A DNA stretch of 64,000 bases from a virus. Positions 9,369 through 18,248 of the stretch are shown here, in pieces. Positions within the stretch are counted from its first letter, which is position 1, and each line of letters starts with the position of its first letter. Below the pieces are notes generated by a model. The model was not told the origin of the DNA, did no database searches, and saw only the letters and a program-made list of their open reading frames with translations. Location: positions 20,376 to 84,375 of the IMG/VR virus record IMGVR_UViG_3300043446_005369; one strand, given 5' to 3'. A program made the translations under genes and the position numbers.

Positions 9369-9373
9369 GAGTA

Positions 9374-11146
9374 TCAATTTGTAGATTTCAAAATTGAATA
9401 CAACCACTCATCACTCATTGAATTGATAATTTCATGTGCAGATTTTTCATCATTTGCATAACCTTCAGATAATAGAGAATACATAATATCTGAATAGAAT
9501 TCCTCTTTAGCCAATTGAGTTGTATATTCACCACTCCCATATTTGAATGTTTTCTTACCAAATTCTCTATTTTTCCTAAATGCATCTTCAAAATCTTTTG
9601 CGGGACCAAGTGCGGCACCACCAACAATCTTTGGGCCAACAATCTTTGAGCCAACATTCAAACGACTACGAATTGTGCCACTTGGATCTTTCGTATTATA
9701 TACATCATATTTTTGCTGTTTTTTATTCATTTGATCTGCACCAAGAATAGCACCTGCGCCAGCCACTGTTGCTGCGGCAGCACCTAAAGCTGGTTTTCTA
9801 GGAATTCCACCTTTCTTTGATGTTGCAGATTGAGATGCCAATCTTTCTAATGTTGGATTTCCACCTGAAGGACCAGTTGCCCTAAATGGAGCACGACCTC
9901 TTGAAGATGTATGACGATATGGAGAATTTGGCTTAGTGCCCCCAAACGTAGGTTGTGTTATTCCACCAGAAGGTTTAGGTGTACCTTTAGGAGCTTTGGC
10001 TATATTCTGTGAATTGGATCTAGCCATCGATTTGCCTGTCGTGCCCCCAAAAGTAGGTTGTGTTATTCCACCAGAAGGTCTAGGTGTACCTTTAGGCATC
10101 TTGGCTAAAGTTTGCGTATTAGATGATGCCATTGATTTACCTACCGATCCAAATTCCGGTTGAGATATATTGCCAGAAGGTTTAGTGGCACCTTTAGGCA
10201 TCTTGGCTAAAGATTGTGTATTAGATGATGCCATTGACTTTCCTGCAGTATTTTTTGCTGCAGGAAGTAATCCTTTTGGTTCTGGTGATGGTTTTGGTAA
10301 AAATCTACCAGGAAGTGGACTAGAAGGACCTTCTCTCGGTAATCCATATTGTTTTGGCTTAGAGCCTTTCATAAATTGCATCCAAGGATCTGCAGCTGCT
10401 CCAGCTACTTTTCTAGCTGCAGGGGCGACTTTTTGACCAACATTTTTAACTGTACTTGCAATCGGCGCTGCAGCTCTAGATACCCCGGATATTGCTTTTG
10501 ATACTGGCAATCCGGCCATTTGTGCTACCCCAAGCATAGTAGCTAAAATTGTAGGATCCGCAGCAGCTCTTTGCGCAATTTTCTGAGGACTAGGACCACC
10601 TGCAGCAGTATGTCTCTCCCATCCCTTTTGCACAAAAGATCCTCCACTGGAAGAAGCTCTCTTCTGGGCAAGCATATCTGCATACTTATTTGGAGCTTCT
10701 GGTGCAGGTGGTTTTCTTGCAGCTCTTGCTTGTTGAATTGCTCTAGTTTGAGTTGCTCTTGCTTGAGGATTTAGAATTTTACCTGTCTTTCCGAATCCAC
10801 CAGGAGTATATCCTTTTTTGGCTAAAGTTTTTGCAGACATTCCTCTAACTGCGGGAGTCACCTTTTTAAGTACTCCGCCGGCAGCCTTTAATCCAGCTTT
10901 TATAAGTCCTGTACTTACTTCTGCAATATAAGATTCATCTAACAATTGTTCTTGATTACAATATTCCAGAATATCATCAATAAATGTATCCGAAAGATCA
11001 TTTTCAATAATCAGACTTGCGAAGTACTCAGATTCTTCTACGTGTTCAAATATATTGAGTTCTTCACAAAAATTTACTATATCCCCGTAAAAACTACTTT
11101 CATCATAACAATATACATCTTGATACGCTTCGTAAAGTGATTTCAT
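9374..11146 (-). CDS. putative internal virion protein (acidic ends, basic G/A/P/K-rich core with repeats)
   Basis: TATAAATA at 11174-11167; N-terminal LYEAY motif; C-terminal LLSEGYANDEKSAHEIINSMSDEW motif; three internal repeats. Confidence 0.65.
   Translation of the reverse strand: MKSLYEAYQDVYCYDESSFYGDIVNFCEELNIFEHVEESEYFASLIIENDLSDTFIDDILEYCNQEQLLDESYIAEVSTGLIKAGLKAAGGVLKKVTPAVRGMSAKTLAKKGYTPGGFGKTGKILNPQARATQTRAIQQARAARKPPAPEAPNKYADMLAQKRASSSGGSFVQKGWERHTAAGGPSPQKIAQRAAADPTILATMLGVAQMAGLPVSKAISGVSRAAAPIASTVKNVGQKVAPAARKVAGAAADPWMQFMKGSKPKQYGLPREGPSSPLPGRFLPKPSPEPKGLLPAAKNTAGKSMASSNTQSLAKMPKGATKPSGNISQPEFGSVGKSMASSNTQTLAKMPKGTPRPSGGITQPTFGGTTGKSMARSNSQNIAKAPKGTPKPSGGITQPTFGGTKPNSPYRHTSSRGRAPFRATGPSGGNPTLERLASQSATSKKGGIPRKPALGAAAATVAGAGAILGADQMNKKQQKYDVYNTKDPSGTIRSRLNVGSKIVGPKIVGGAALGPAKDFEDAFRKNREFGKKTFKYGSGEYTTQLAKEEFYSDIMYSLLSEGYANDEKSAHEIINSMSDEWLYSILKSTN
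9935..10243 (-). repeat. three tandem 34-35-aa coding repeats (GKSMAxSNxQxxAKxPKGxxxPSGxIxQPxFG)
   Basis: Visible in both the protein and the DNA. Confidence 0.9.
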
Positions 11147-11173
11147 CTTTAATATCTATTTTTAGATATTTAT

Positions 11174-11203
11174 AAAAAAAGCACCCTTTTCGGAGTGCTT
11201 TTT
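11174..11203 (-). terminator. intrinsic terminator abutting a TATAAATA late promoter
   Basis: AAAAAGCACTCC-GAAA-AGGGTGCTTTTTTT, followed directly by TATAAATA. Confidence 0.75.
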
Positions 11204-11246
11204 CTTTAGTGCTTGTCGGCGTGCTTTTTCTTTAGTGCTTGTCGGC
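11195..11246. repeat. perfect 26-bp tandem duplication
   Basis: GTGCTTTTTCTTTAGTGCTTGTCGGC at 11195-11220 and again at 11221-11246. Confidence 0.95.
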
Positions 11247-11331
11247 GTGCTTTAGCTTGTCGAAGTGCTTGTGGTTTAAGTTTTCGTTTTTGTTCCTTTT
11301 TGGAATGTTTTTGCCAATTTGGAAGATTCAT
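11206..11331 (-). CDS. 41-aa basic peptide overlapping the gp46 3' end
   Basis: Manual translation: MNLPNWQKHSKKEQKRKLKPQALRQAKARRQALKKKHADKH*; resembles a small basic ORF commonly found after cyanophage gp46. Confidence 0.6.
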   Translation of the reverse strand: MNLPNWQKHSKKEQKRKLKPQALRQAKARRQALKKKHADKH

Positions 11332-13063
11332 CTGAATTTGTGGATTCTACTGAACTAATTATACGAGAAAATCCTTTGATCTTCTCAAACTGTATGACAC
11401 TTCCAAATTTGTCATACAAGTCAGCTTTATGAGAAATAACAAAAATATTAGAATCTTTAATCACATACCGAATAATCTTCAGGAATTCATCCGTTCCAAA
11501 GCTATCAAGAGATCCGTCAAAAACCTCATCGAACAAAAGAATATTACAATTTGCTGAATTTTTAATTCTCGCCAATTCTCTCCAGGCAAATATAAGTGCA
11601 AGATTAATCTTTGCTCTTTCCCCTTCAGAAAAAGAAGAATAGGAAAAATCCTCATGTATAGGAGATTTAATTTTTTCATTAAACTCAGAATCTAATTCAA
11701 AGTTAATATAAAAATCCATCATTCGTAAATATCGATTCACTTGTTGATTAATGAAAGGAAGATACTTTTGAATAATTTTAGTTTTTACTCCATCATCTTT
11801 TAATAAAGAATTTATAAATTCATAATATTTTATATTTTCTTTTTTTGTTAAAAGATCATCATATAACTCTTGAAGTTTTTGTTTAAAATTTTCTAACTTT
11901 TCATGTTCAATATTTCGATTTTTAAGTTGCTCGGTAATTTTTTGAATTTCTTTTTCAAAATCTCGGATCTGTCTTTGATTGGATGATATCCGAGTATTAT
12001 TTTGAGAAATCTCATGATTTAATTTTGTAATTTCCTTTGAAAGATTTAAAAATTTTCCTTCTCTTTCTTGTTCGAGTTTTATTGTATCCTCAAGTTCTTT
12101 AAAACTTGTTTGAAGCTCTTTTGCTTTATTTTGTGAAGTTTCAATTCTATTTAATCTAAAATTTTCATCAATTTCTTGAGTGCATGTAGGGCATACCGAA
12201 TTTTCTGTAAAAAATTTATATTCTTTTGTAATCGTTGTTACTTTTTGTGAAATTTTACCTTTTAAATTTAATAACTTAGAGAGTCTATTAGATGAATTCG
12301 AATATTCTTCTTGTTGTTGTATTAATTTAAGAGATTCCGCTTCTAAACTCACATTATTAGAAAGATATTGGGAAACTTCTTGATCGAGTATTTTAATTTT
12401 GGAATAATTTAATTTTATATTTTCGTTTCCTCTATTTTCTATTTCTTCAATAAAGTTTTTTTGCATCTCAATTTTATCTTTGAGATTTTCTTTATTATTT
12501 TCAAGCAACTTAATTTGTTCACGCTCAAATCGAATTTTTTCTTTTACAAGTCCATTCATTGTGGAAAAAATTCGAATATCTAAAAGATCTTCTATAACTT
12601 CTCTTCGATTTGCAGCAGTAAGTTGCATAAACGGAACAAAATTACTGCTACCTAAAATTACAATTTGCGTAAAAGATTTATAGTTTAATTTTAAAATATT
12701 CTCTTCAAGCAATTTTTGATTAGCTTTATCATCAGATTCTCGATTTAATCGATTTCCATCTATCTCTATGTCAAATATGCTGGGTTTAATTCCTCTACGA
12801 ACTAGATAATTTTTATTATTTACAGAAAAATCTATTTCTACTAAACAATCTTTTTCATTTGTACTATTAATTAGTTGATTTTTATTTACTTTTCTAAAAC
12901 TTTTATTAAAAAGTACAAATGTCAATGCATCCAAAAATGTCGATTTTCCTGATCCATTTACGCCTATAATTAAATTAGTATTGTGTTTTTGAAAATCTAT
13001 TTCAGTGAACTGATTTCCTGTAGAAAGAAAGTTGCGATATCTAATTTTTTTAAATGTAATCAT
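11276..13063 (-). CDS. gp46: recombination endonuclease ATPase subunit gp46 (Rad50/SbcC-like)
   Basis: Walker A GVNGSGKS, zinc hook CPTC, signature FSEGE and LLFDEVFD motifs. Confidence 0.96.
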   Translation of the reverse strand: MITFKKIRYRNFLSTGNQFTEIDFQKHNTNLIIGVNGSGKSTFLDALTFVLFNKSFRKVNKNQLINSTNEKDCLVEIDFSVNNKNYLVRRGIKPSIFDIEIDGNRLNRESDDKANQKLLEENILKLNYKSFTQIVILGSSNFVPFMQLTAANRREVIEDLLDIRIFSTMNGLVKEKIRFEREQIKLLENNKENLKDKIEMQKNFIEEIENRGNENIKLNYSKIKILDQEVSQYLSNNVSLEAESLKLIQQQEEYSNSSNRLSKLLNLKGKISQKVTTITKEYKFFTENSVCPTCTQEIDENFRLNRIETSQNKAKELQTSFKELEDTIKLEQEREGKFLNLSKEITKLNHEISQNNTRISSNQRQIRDFEKEIQKITEQLKNRNIEHEKLENFKQKLQELYDDLLTKKENIKYYEFINSLLKDDGVKTKIIQKYLPFINQQVNRYLRMMDFYINFELDSEFNEKIKSPIHEDFSYSSFSEGERAKINLALIFAWRELARIKNSANCNILLFDEVFDGSLDSFGTDEFLKIIRYVIKDSNIFVISHKADLYDKFGSVIQFEKIKGFSRIISSVESTNSDESSKLAKTFQKGTKTKT

Positions 13064-13064
13064 A

Positions 13065-13334
13065 TTAATTAATAACAATATTTTTAGGTGGTACTACAAT
13101 ATCATCTGGAGTAATTACAACATAATTATAATTATTCATTTTACATGAATTTATAACTAATTCATCATCAACATCTACAACTTCCATTTCTATATTTTCC
13201 TGATCCTCTAGCATTAAAGCATAACGGCTCGCATCATCTTCTTCTTCGAAAAGAAATAAAACTTTTTGGCCATATTGATTTTGTACTGCATATGCACCTT
13301 CTTCTTTTTTATCCTTCAATGCTAGTATAAACAT
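13065..13334 (-). CDS. conserved cyanophage hypothetical protein between gp47 and gp46
   Basis: EGAYAV...LFEEEDDASRYA motif; ATG overlaps the gp47 stop (TAATG). Confidence 0.75.
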   Translation of the reverse strand: MFILALKDKKEEGAYAVQNQYGQKVLFLFEEEDDASRYALMLEDQENIEMEVVDVDDELVINSCKMNNYNYVVITPDDIVVPPKNIVIN

Positions 13335-14371
13335 TACTCCACTTCGCAAGACTGTTGATAAAGATCCTGAAAAAGATTTTTAATCGTATTTTTATTTAAA
13401 TCAATTTCAGCATCGTCAATATATCTATTTAAGATTGAAAGTGTATTTTCTTCTTCATAAATTTCAAAATTTTCACTTTCTTGAATTTGGAAATTTTCAA
13501 TAATTTTAAGTTCTTGAACTTTTGAACTATAAAGTTTGTCTATAAATTTTTCAAAAGCTTTAGGATTTGTTTTTTTCTTAACGATAACCTTTACGATTTT
13601 ATTTTCATACTCAGATGTATTGAGCATTTGATGAGGAGTATCTTCGTAATAAAGAATATAAAAAAGTTTGTAAGGATTATTAACTGGAGTATGCTTTAGT
13701 GTTTCTGTATCAAAAATATGAAATCCTCTAGGATCATTCAAATCACTCCAATACATTTCATATGGATTTCCGAGATAATATATCTTACCATCATTTGAAC
13801 GAGTGTGATAATGACCTGAATATACTCTTTCAAATTTATCAAAAATAGATGGGCTTAATCCATGCTCATCCATTACCATATTATGATTTATTTTAAATCC
13901 CTGAAGTTCCAAATGACCCAATACAACTTTTGCTTTTGTATTTTGAATTGCATTCATTGTTTGATTATAATTATTTTCACAAATCCAAGGAATTAATAAT
14001 ACATCTAAATTTTCAATTCGAGTTGTTGTTGGCGAATCATAAACTTTTATATTTGGATAATCCTTAAGTAAAAGAGAAGGAGAATTAATATCGGTAGAAT
14101 TTCGAAGAAAAATATCATGATTACCAACAATCATATGAACATCATACTTAGAAAGCGGATCTAGTACAACTCTTCGAGTCCAATCTAGTCCCCAAAAATC
14201 AATACCTTTACGATTATCAAATGCATCCCCCATATGAATAATTGTATCGATTCCTTCTTTTTCTAAAGTTGGAAAGAAAATATTTTTGTAAAAAAGTTCA
14301 AAATGATCATGCAAATGTCTTGATGATTTTTTTGCCGACCAGTGAGTATCGCTGACCAAACCTATACGCAT
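13334..14371 (-). CDS. gp47: recombination endonuclease subunit gp47 (Mre11/SbcD-like)
   Basis: SDTH, GDAFD, GNHD and SGHYH metallophosphoesterase motifs. Confidence 0.96.
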   Translation of the reverse strand: MRIGLVSDTHWSAKKSSRHLHDHFELFYKNIFFPTLEKEGIDTIIHMGDAFDNRKGIDFWGLDWTRRVVLDPLSKYDVHMIVGNHDIFLRNSTDINSPSLLLKDYPNIKVYDSPTTTRIENLDVLLIPWICENNYNQTMNAIQNTKAKVVLGHLELQGFKINHNMVMDEHGLSPSIFDKFERVYSGHYHTRSNDGKIYYLGNPYEMYWSDLNDPRGFHIFDTETLKHTPVNNPYKLFYILYYEDTPHQMLNTSEYENKIVKVIVKKKTNPKAFEKFIDKLYSSKVQELKIIENFQIQESENFEIYEEENTLSILNRYIDDAEIDLNKNTIKNLFQDLYQQSCEVE

Positions 14372-14380
14372 AATATATCC

Positions 14381-15808
14381 TCAACGATTTCCTCGATATT
14401 GAATAGCATCCTTAATGCTGTTATATTCTGCACTACTTCCTGACAAATGACCATCATCGACTACCATAACTTCATCATACCCACTTCTTTCGATTAACTT
14501 CGTTTTTACTTCTAATTGTTTCTTTTCTTTTTGTATTCTTCTTAAGAATGCATAATGTATGATTTGTGTAAAATATGCAAAGGGGTTTCTAGATTTTTCT
14601 GGATCAAAATTATGAATGTATTGTATACAATTTCCAGTAAGAAGACCATTACCCAAAACAAAAGAATTAGTTTCTGGTTCTTCTAAACAAAATACCTCAT
14701 CTTCACCATACTCTTTGATGTATCTCACCTTTGGTTGATAGTGTTCGGGTTTCGCTAAAGTAATTACATTTAAAGGTTTTCCATTTTTGAATGAGTCATC
14801 ATTTTCTGTTCTTTCAATAATTCTATGACTAATTATATGAAAACCAGCATAAGATGAATAATAAACTAACCATTCTGCAGCATCGGAATTACTAGTACTA
14901 ATTTGTAATCTATTTGTTGAGGTTGTTTTATATCCATCAGCTAACCACCATCCATATATAAATCCAGCGATATATTCTGGGTCAGTTGTAAATGGCAGAT
15001 CTTTAACTAGAGGGTATTTTCCAATATAAAAACAAGGATCACCATTAGCATGTTTTGGGTATGTGGAAGTATATCCAAAATCTGTTAATAATGCAACTAT
15101 TTCATCCTTAACCGAATCTTGTTTACATACCCGGATTCGTGCATATTTATTACCCTGCGATACTACCAAAGGATCCCCATAGGTTACGGATTTATGTCCA
15201 GAACCATCACCGTAAAGAATCCCGTGCAAAACTGCATTCTTATCATAAGTATTTTCTATAGGAGCATTCTGAAGACAATCACCTATTTTTAAATTAGTAA
15301 TGACTTCATTTTTATAATATAAACACCTATTTTTATTTCTCCTAGAGGAAACAAACCATCGATGATTCTCTGTGCATATAACTTTTTGATATACATCTTT
15401 CTCAGGAACATTGAATGATGAAAATCCATATTCATAAAGCATTTGAGTTCCATAAGATTTAACTAATGCTTCTCTCCATTTACCGTCAATACACCTAATT
15501 GTAACTTTCTTATTTACTATCTTTTCGATTTCTATTGGCCCATATTCAATTGTAGGAATAATTGTGGATCTATGAAAACAGTTTTCAACTCCATCAGAAA
15601 TCATATCATCCCTAAACATGTAATTCACAAAATTTGGCTTATAGGACAAATGAGTTGCAATCTTTAAAAAACATTCTCCAAGATAATTCGTAATCTTTGG
15701 CTTAGGTAATTTCTTTTCTTTTGCTTCTTGTAGCTTTGATCTATAAACAATTAATGCTTCTAGTAGCTCTTTATTGTTCACATAATGTTCTGATTTTTTC
15801 TTGGTCAT
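14381..15808 (-). CDS. gp55: late-transcription sigma factor gp55 containing a 317-aa intein
   Basis: Exteins HYVNNKEL...CFLKIATHLSYKPNFVNY...DGVEN and CIQYIHNFDPEKSRNPFAYFTQI rejoin to about 158 aa. The start is placed at MTKKK. Confidence 0.93.
   Translation of the reverse strand: MTKKKSEHYVNNKELLEALIVYRSKLQEAKEKKLPKPKITNYLGECFLKIATHLSYKPNFVNYMFRDDMISDGVENCFHRSTIIPTIEYGPIEIEKIVNKKVTIRCIDGKWREALVKSYGTQMLYEYGFSSFNVPEKDVYQKVICTENHRWFVSSRRNKNRCLYYKNEVITNLKIGDCLQNAPIENTYDKNAVLHGILYGDGSGHKSVTYGDPLVVSQGNKYARIRVCKQDSVKDEIVALLTDFGYTSTYPKHANGDPCFYIGKYPLVKDLPFTTDPEYIAGFIYGWWLADGYKTTSTNRLQISTSNSDAAEWLVYYSSYAGFHIISHRIIERTENDDSFKNGKPLNVITLAKPEHYQPKVRYIKEYGEDEVFCLEEPETNSFVLGNGLLTGNCIQYIHNFDPEKSRNPFAYFTQIIHYAFLRRIQKEKKQLEVKTKLIERSGYDEVMVVDDGHLSGSSAEYNSIKDAIQYRGNR
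14630..15580 (-). mobile_element. intein with LAGLIDADG endonuclease in gp55
   Basis: Starts CFHRSTII; block B TENHRW; LAGLIDADG motifs HGILYGDG and FIYGWWLADG; ends VFCLEEPETNSFVLGNGLLTGN|C. Confidence 0.92.
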
Positions 15809-15841
15809 TGAACCTATTACTCTACGCCTGAATGTCCGTAA

Positions 15842-15892
15842 ATTGTAGCACATTTAAAGGGGGTTGACAAGACCCCCGAATCCATGTAGACT
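15842..15892. promoter_or_regulatory. divergent sigma70-type promoter pair sharing a TTGACAA core within a hairpin
   Basis: Minus strand: TTGTCA (15870-65), 17 nt, TGcTACAAT (15847-42), pointing to gp55. Plus strand: TTGACA (15864-69), 17 nt, TAGACT (15887-92). Confidence 0.65.
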
Positions 15893-15925
15893 AGCTTTGT
15901 CATCGATGAAGGGTGGGTTGTGTCT

Positions 15926-16330
15926 TTAAGTTTCTTTAAGACCTTTAAAGATCTTTTCAAGATTCTTTCTAGCTTCTTCTACAGATCCTAAGTATCCCAT
16001 CTTAGAAGTAATCTTGTTAGAATCATTATGAATATCAGTTGTATCTGAACTGTCTCTTAAATAAGAATTATAAAGATCTATTAGTTTTTTATCTTTAATT
16101 TCAGTCATAGTAATGACTTTATTAAGAGTAATAATAAAGAAATCATCAGTAGAGAATTCTATCCAAGGTTTTATTTTAATATGAGTTCCATACTGATTTG
16201 TTAAAAGTTTTAAGATAACAGGATCTTGTAAAACAATAAATGTATCATCTTCTGTTTCATCTATCATAATTAATGATAGTATCTCTTCTCCTGAAATTAG
16301 TTTAAGTAAACAGTAAAATTCCTCTCCCAT
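15926..16330 (-). CDS. conserved cyanophage protein (Sm-like fold type) downstream of uvsW
   Basis: LKLISGEEI, IKPWI and MGYLGSVEEARKNLEKIF motifs. Confidence 0.75.
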   Translation of the reverse strand: MGEEFYCLLKLISGEEILSLIMIDETEDDTFIVLQDPVILKLLTNQYGTHIKIKPWIEFSTDDFFIITLNKVITMTEIKDKKLIDLYNSYLRDSSDTTDIHNDSNKITSKMGYLGSVEEARKNLEKIFKGLKET

Positions 16331-16339
16331 AGTTAATAA

Positions 16340-17803
16340 TTATTTTTGAAATGGTATATTGACAATATCATAGTTGAAGTTTTCTTCTGAATATATTTTA
16401 ATTCGTTCTATTAAATGATTTAATGTGTAATTTCTTTTAGATTTATAAGTAATATCATCAGCTATATCATATAAAGTTGCTTTTGTTTTTTGATCACTTT
16501 TTCTTAAAACTCTACCGATTGATTGTAAATTGCGAATTCTAGATTTAGATGGAGAAGCAAAAATTACATTATGTAAATTTTTAATATTAATACCTGTAGA
16601 GAATGTTCCATAAGATGCAACAATAATTGCATTATTTTCTCTTTCAGTAATTTCTCTTACTTTTTCACGATTCTCAGTATCTACTCCACCATGAACAAAA
16701 AATATTTGACGATTATTAATTTTGTTCTTATTTATTAATTCATATAAAGGTTGCCCATGAGTTTCTACTCTTGAGTATAGAATTAATGTATTACCCTTTA
16801 AATCTAGTGCAAGATTTTTGATAAATGAATTTCTTTTCTTATGATTAATAAGATACTGAACTTCCTCTTCGTAGTTATTAAATTGTTGAGCTGAATGTTT
16901 TAACAGAAGAATATTAATATCCAATTTGGCTAGATGACCTTTTTGCATGAGTTCATCAGTTTTTATTACTTTATATGATGGGCCAAAAAGACCTTCTAAT
17001 ACTAGTTTATGCACTTCTATGTCATCTAGAGTTCCAGTAAAACCAAATCTGTATTTTGCGTCCTTCAATTTTGAAAGTATAGTTGTAAGTGACTTAGCTT
17101 TTGCTGCATGACATTCATCTACAATTACACATTGAAATTTTTCAAAATAAGAATTAGGTAACTTAATTAATGATTGCCAAGTAGATATATAAACATTTTT
17201 ATCACTAATTTTTTCTCTTCCGGAATAAATCATATGACAATGTTGATTTGCATCCCAGCCATAATCATCGAAGTCCTTATATAGCTGAGATACTAGAGAT
17301 GTTGTTGGAACTATGATTAAGATATTATTATTTTTACTTATATAATATCTGGTAAGAGCATAAATCATCATACTCTTTCCACTTCCAGTAGGAGAAACTA
17401 TAACTTTACGATTATATTTTAATGCTTCTACGATACCATTAATTTGATAGTCTCTTGGTTTGATATGAGTAATTGAATTTAAGTAATCTTTAACACCTTC
17501 AATTGTGATATTTTGATTTGCCTCGAAAGGAAGGCCATAAAATTTATTATCAACAAATTCGTAAGTGTAATTATAATCTCTACAAAATTGAACAATTCGA
17601 TCTAGCAGTCCAACGTAAATTTCATGTGTGGTTACGTTAAACATATAAATGATTCCATCCCACCATCGATTTCGATATGCTGGGGAAAATTTTGCATTTG
17701 GAACCTCAAATTTAAATGCGTCTCTTAACTCATAGTAAACATGAGGTTCTGCTTTGATTTGAAGATAAACTTCGTTCTTCTTTGAAATAATCAAGTGAGA
17801 CAT
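16340..17803 (-). CDS. uvsW: UvsW DNA helicase
   Basis: PRDYQ, SPTGSGKS, DECH, GFTGT and QSIGRVLR SF2 helicase motifs. Confidence 0.96.
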   Translation of the reverse strand: MSHLIISKKNEVYLQIKAEPHVYYELRDAFKFEVPNAKFSPAYRNRWWDGIIYMFNVTTHEIYVGLLDRIVQFCRDYNYTYEFVDNKFYGLPFEANQNITIEGVKDYLNSITHIKPRDYQINGIVEALKYNRKVIVSPTGSGKSMMIYALTRYYISKNNNILIIVPTTSLVSQLYKDFDDYGWDANQHCHMIYSGREKISDKNVYISTWQSLIKLPNSYFEKFQCVIVDECHAAKAKSLTTILSKLKDAKYRFGFTGTLDDIEVHKLVLEGLFGPSYKVIKTDELMQKGHLAKLDINILLLKHSAQQFNNYEEEVQYLINHKKRNSFIKNLALDLKGNTLILYSRVETHGQPLYELINKNKINNRQIFFVHGGVDTENREKVREITERENNAIIVASYGTFSTGINIKNLHNVIFASPSKSRIRNLQSIGRVLRKSDQKTKATLYDIADDITYKSKRNYTLNHLIERIKIYSEENFNYDIVNIPFQK

Positions 17804-17828
17804 TCATAAAATAATCAGCTGCGATTAT

Positions 17829-18236
17829 TTATTTGTCCATATAAACAGGTTTTCCTTGATATGTCCCGGTTTTAACTCTTCCTGATGCAGTTGGTCTGGA
17901 TTTCATTGTCAGATATGCAGCTCCAACGGGTCCTGCCCCTCTCAAATATGGAGCTGCAATTGAAGCTGCTGGAGCTAGAGTTTTGATTGCACCTCCCACA
18001 GCACCACCAACTGCTTTTCCTGTAATATTTGTTAAAGTATTTGCAACATCACCTGCAGCACCAGTTATAGGATTAAAAGCAGATCCTATACCCTTAATAA
18101 TATTCCTCGAAACATTTGCTGGATTTTGTCCACTTACACTTGGAAGACGATTCCAAATATTTCGAGCAACTTGACCTGCTTTAGGTGATAAAGAATTTGC
18201 TTGAACTTCTAAAATAAATTCTTGAAATGTCTTCAT
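17829..18236 (-). CDS. G/A-rich putative internal head protein with capsid-targeting sequence MKTFQEFILE
   Basis: N-terminus is nearly identical to the T4 IPII/IPIII CTS (MKTYQEFIAE); CTAAATA late promoter at 18252-18246. Confidence 0.65.
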   Translation of the reverse strand: MKTFQEFILEVQANSLSPKAGQVARNIWNRLPSVSGQNPANVSRNIIKGIGSAFNPITGAAGDVANTLTNITGKAVGGAVGGAIKTLAPAASIAAPYLRGAGPVGAAYLTMKSRPTASGRVKTGTYQGKPVYMDK

Positions 18237-18248
18237 TTTTAATTTTAT

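Noticed and set aside
11195-11253. Possible mini-CRISPR array
   Set aside because: The two 26-bp copies are directly adjacent with no spacer, and no cas genes are present.
15809-15853. N-terminal extension of gp55 in the ORF track
   Set aside because: It overlaps the predicted promoter, and an AGG RBS-like sequence precedes the ATG at 15808.
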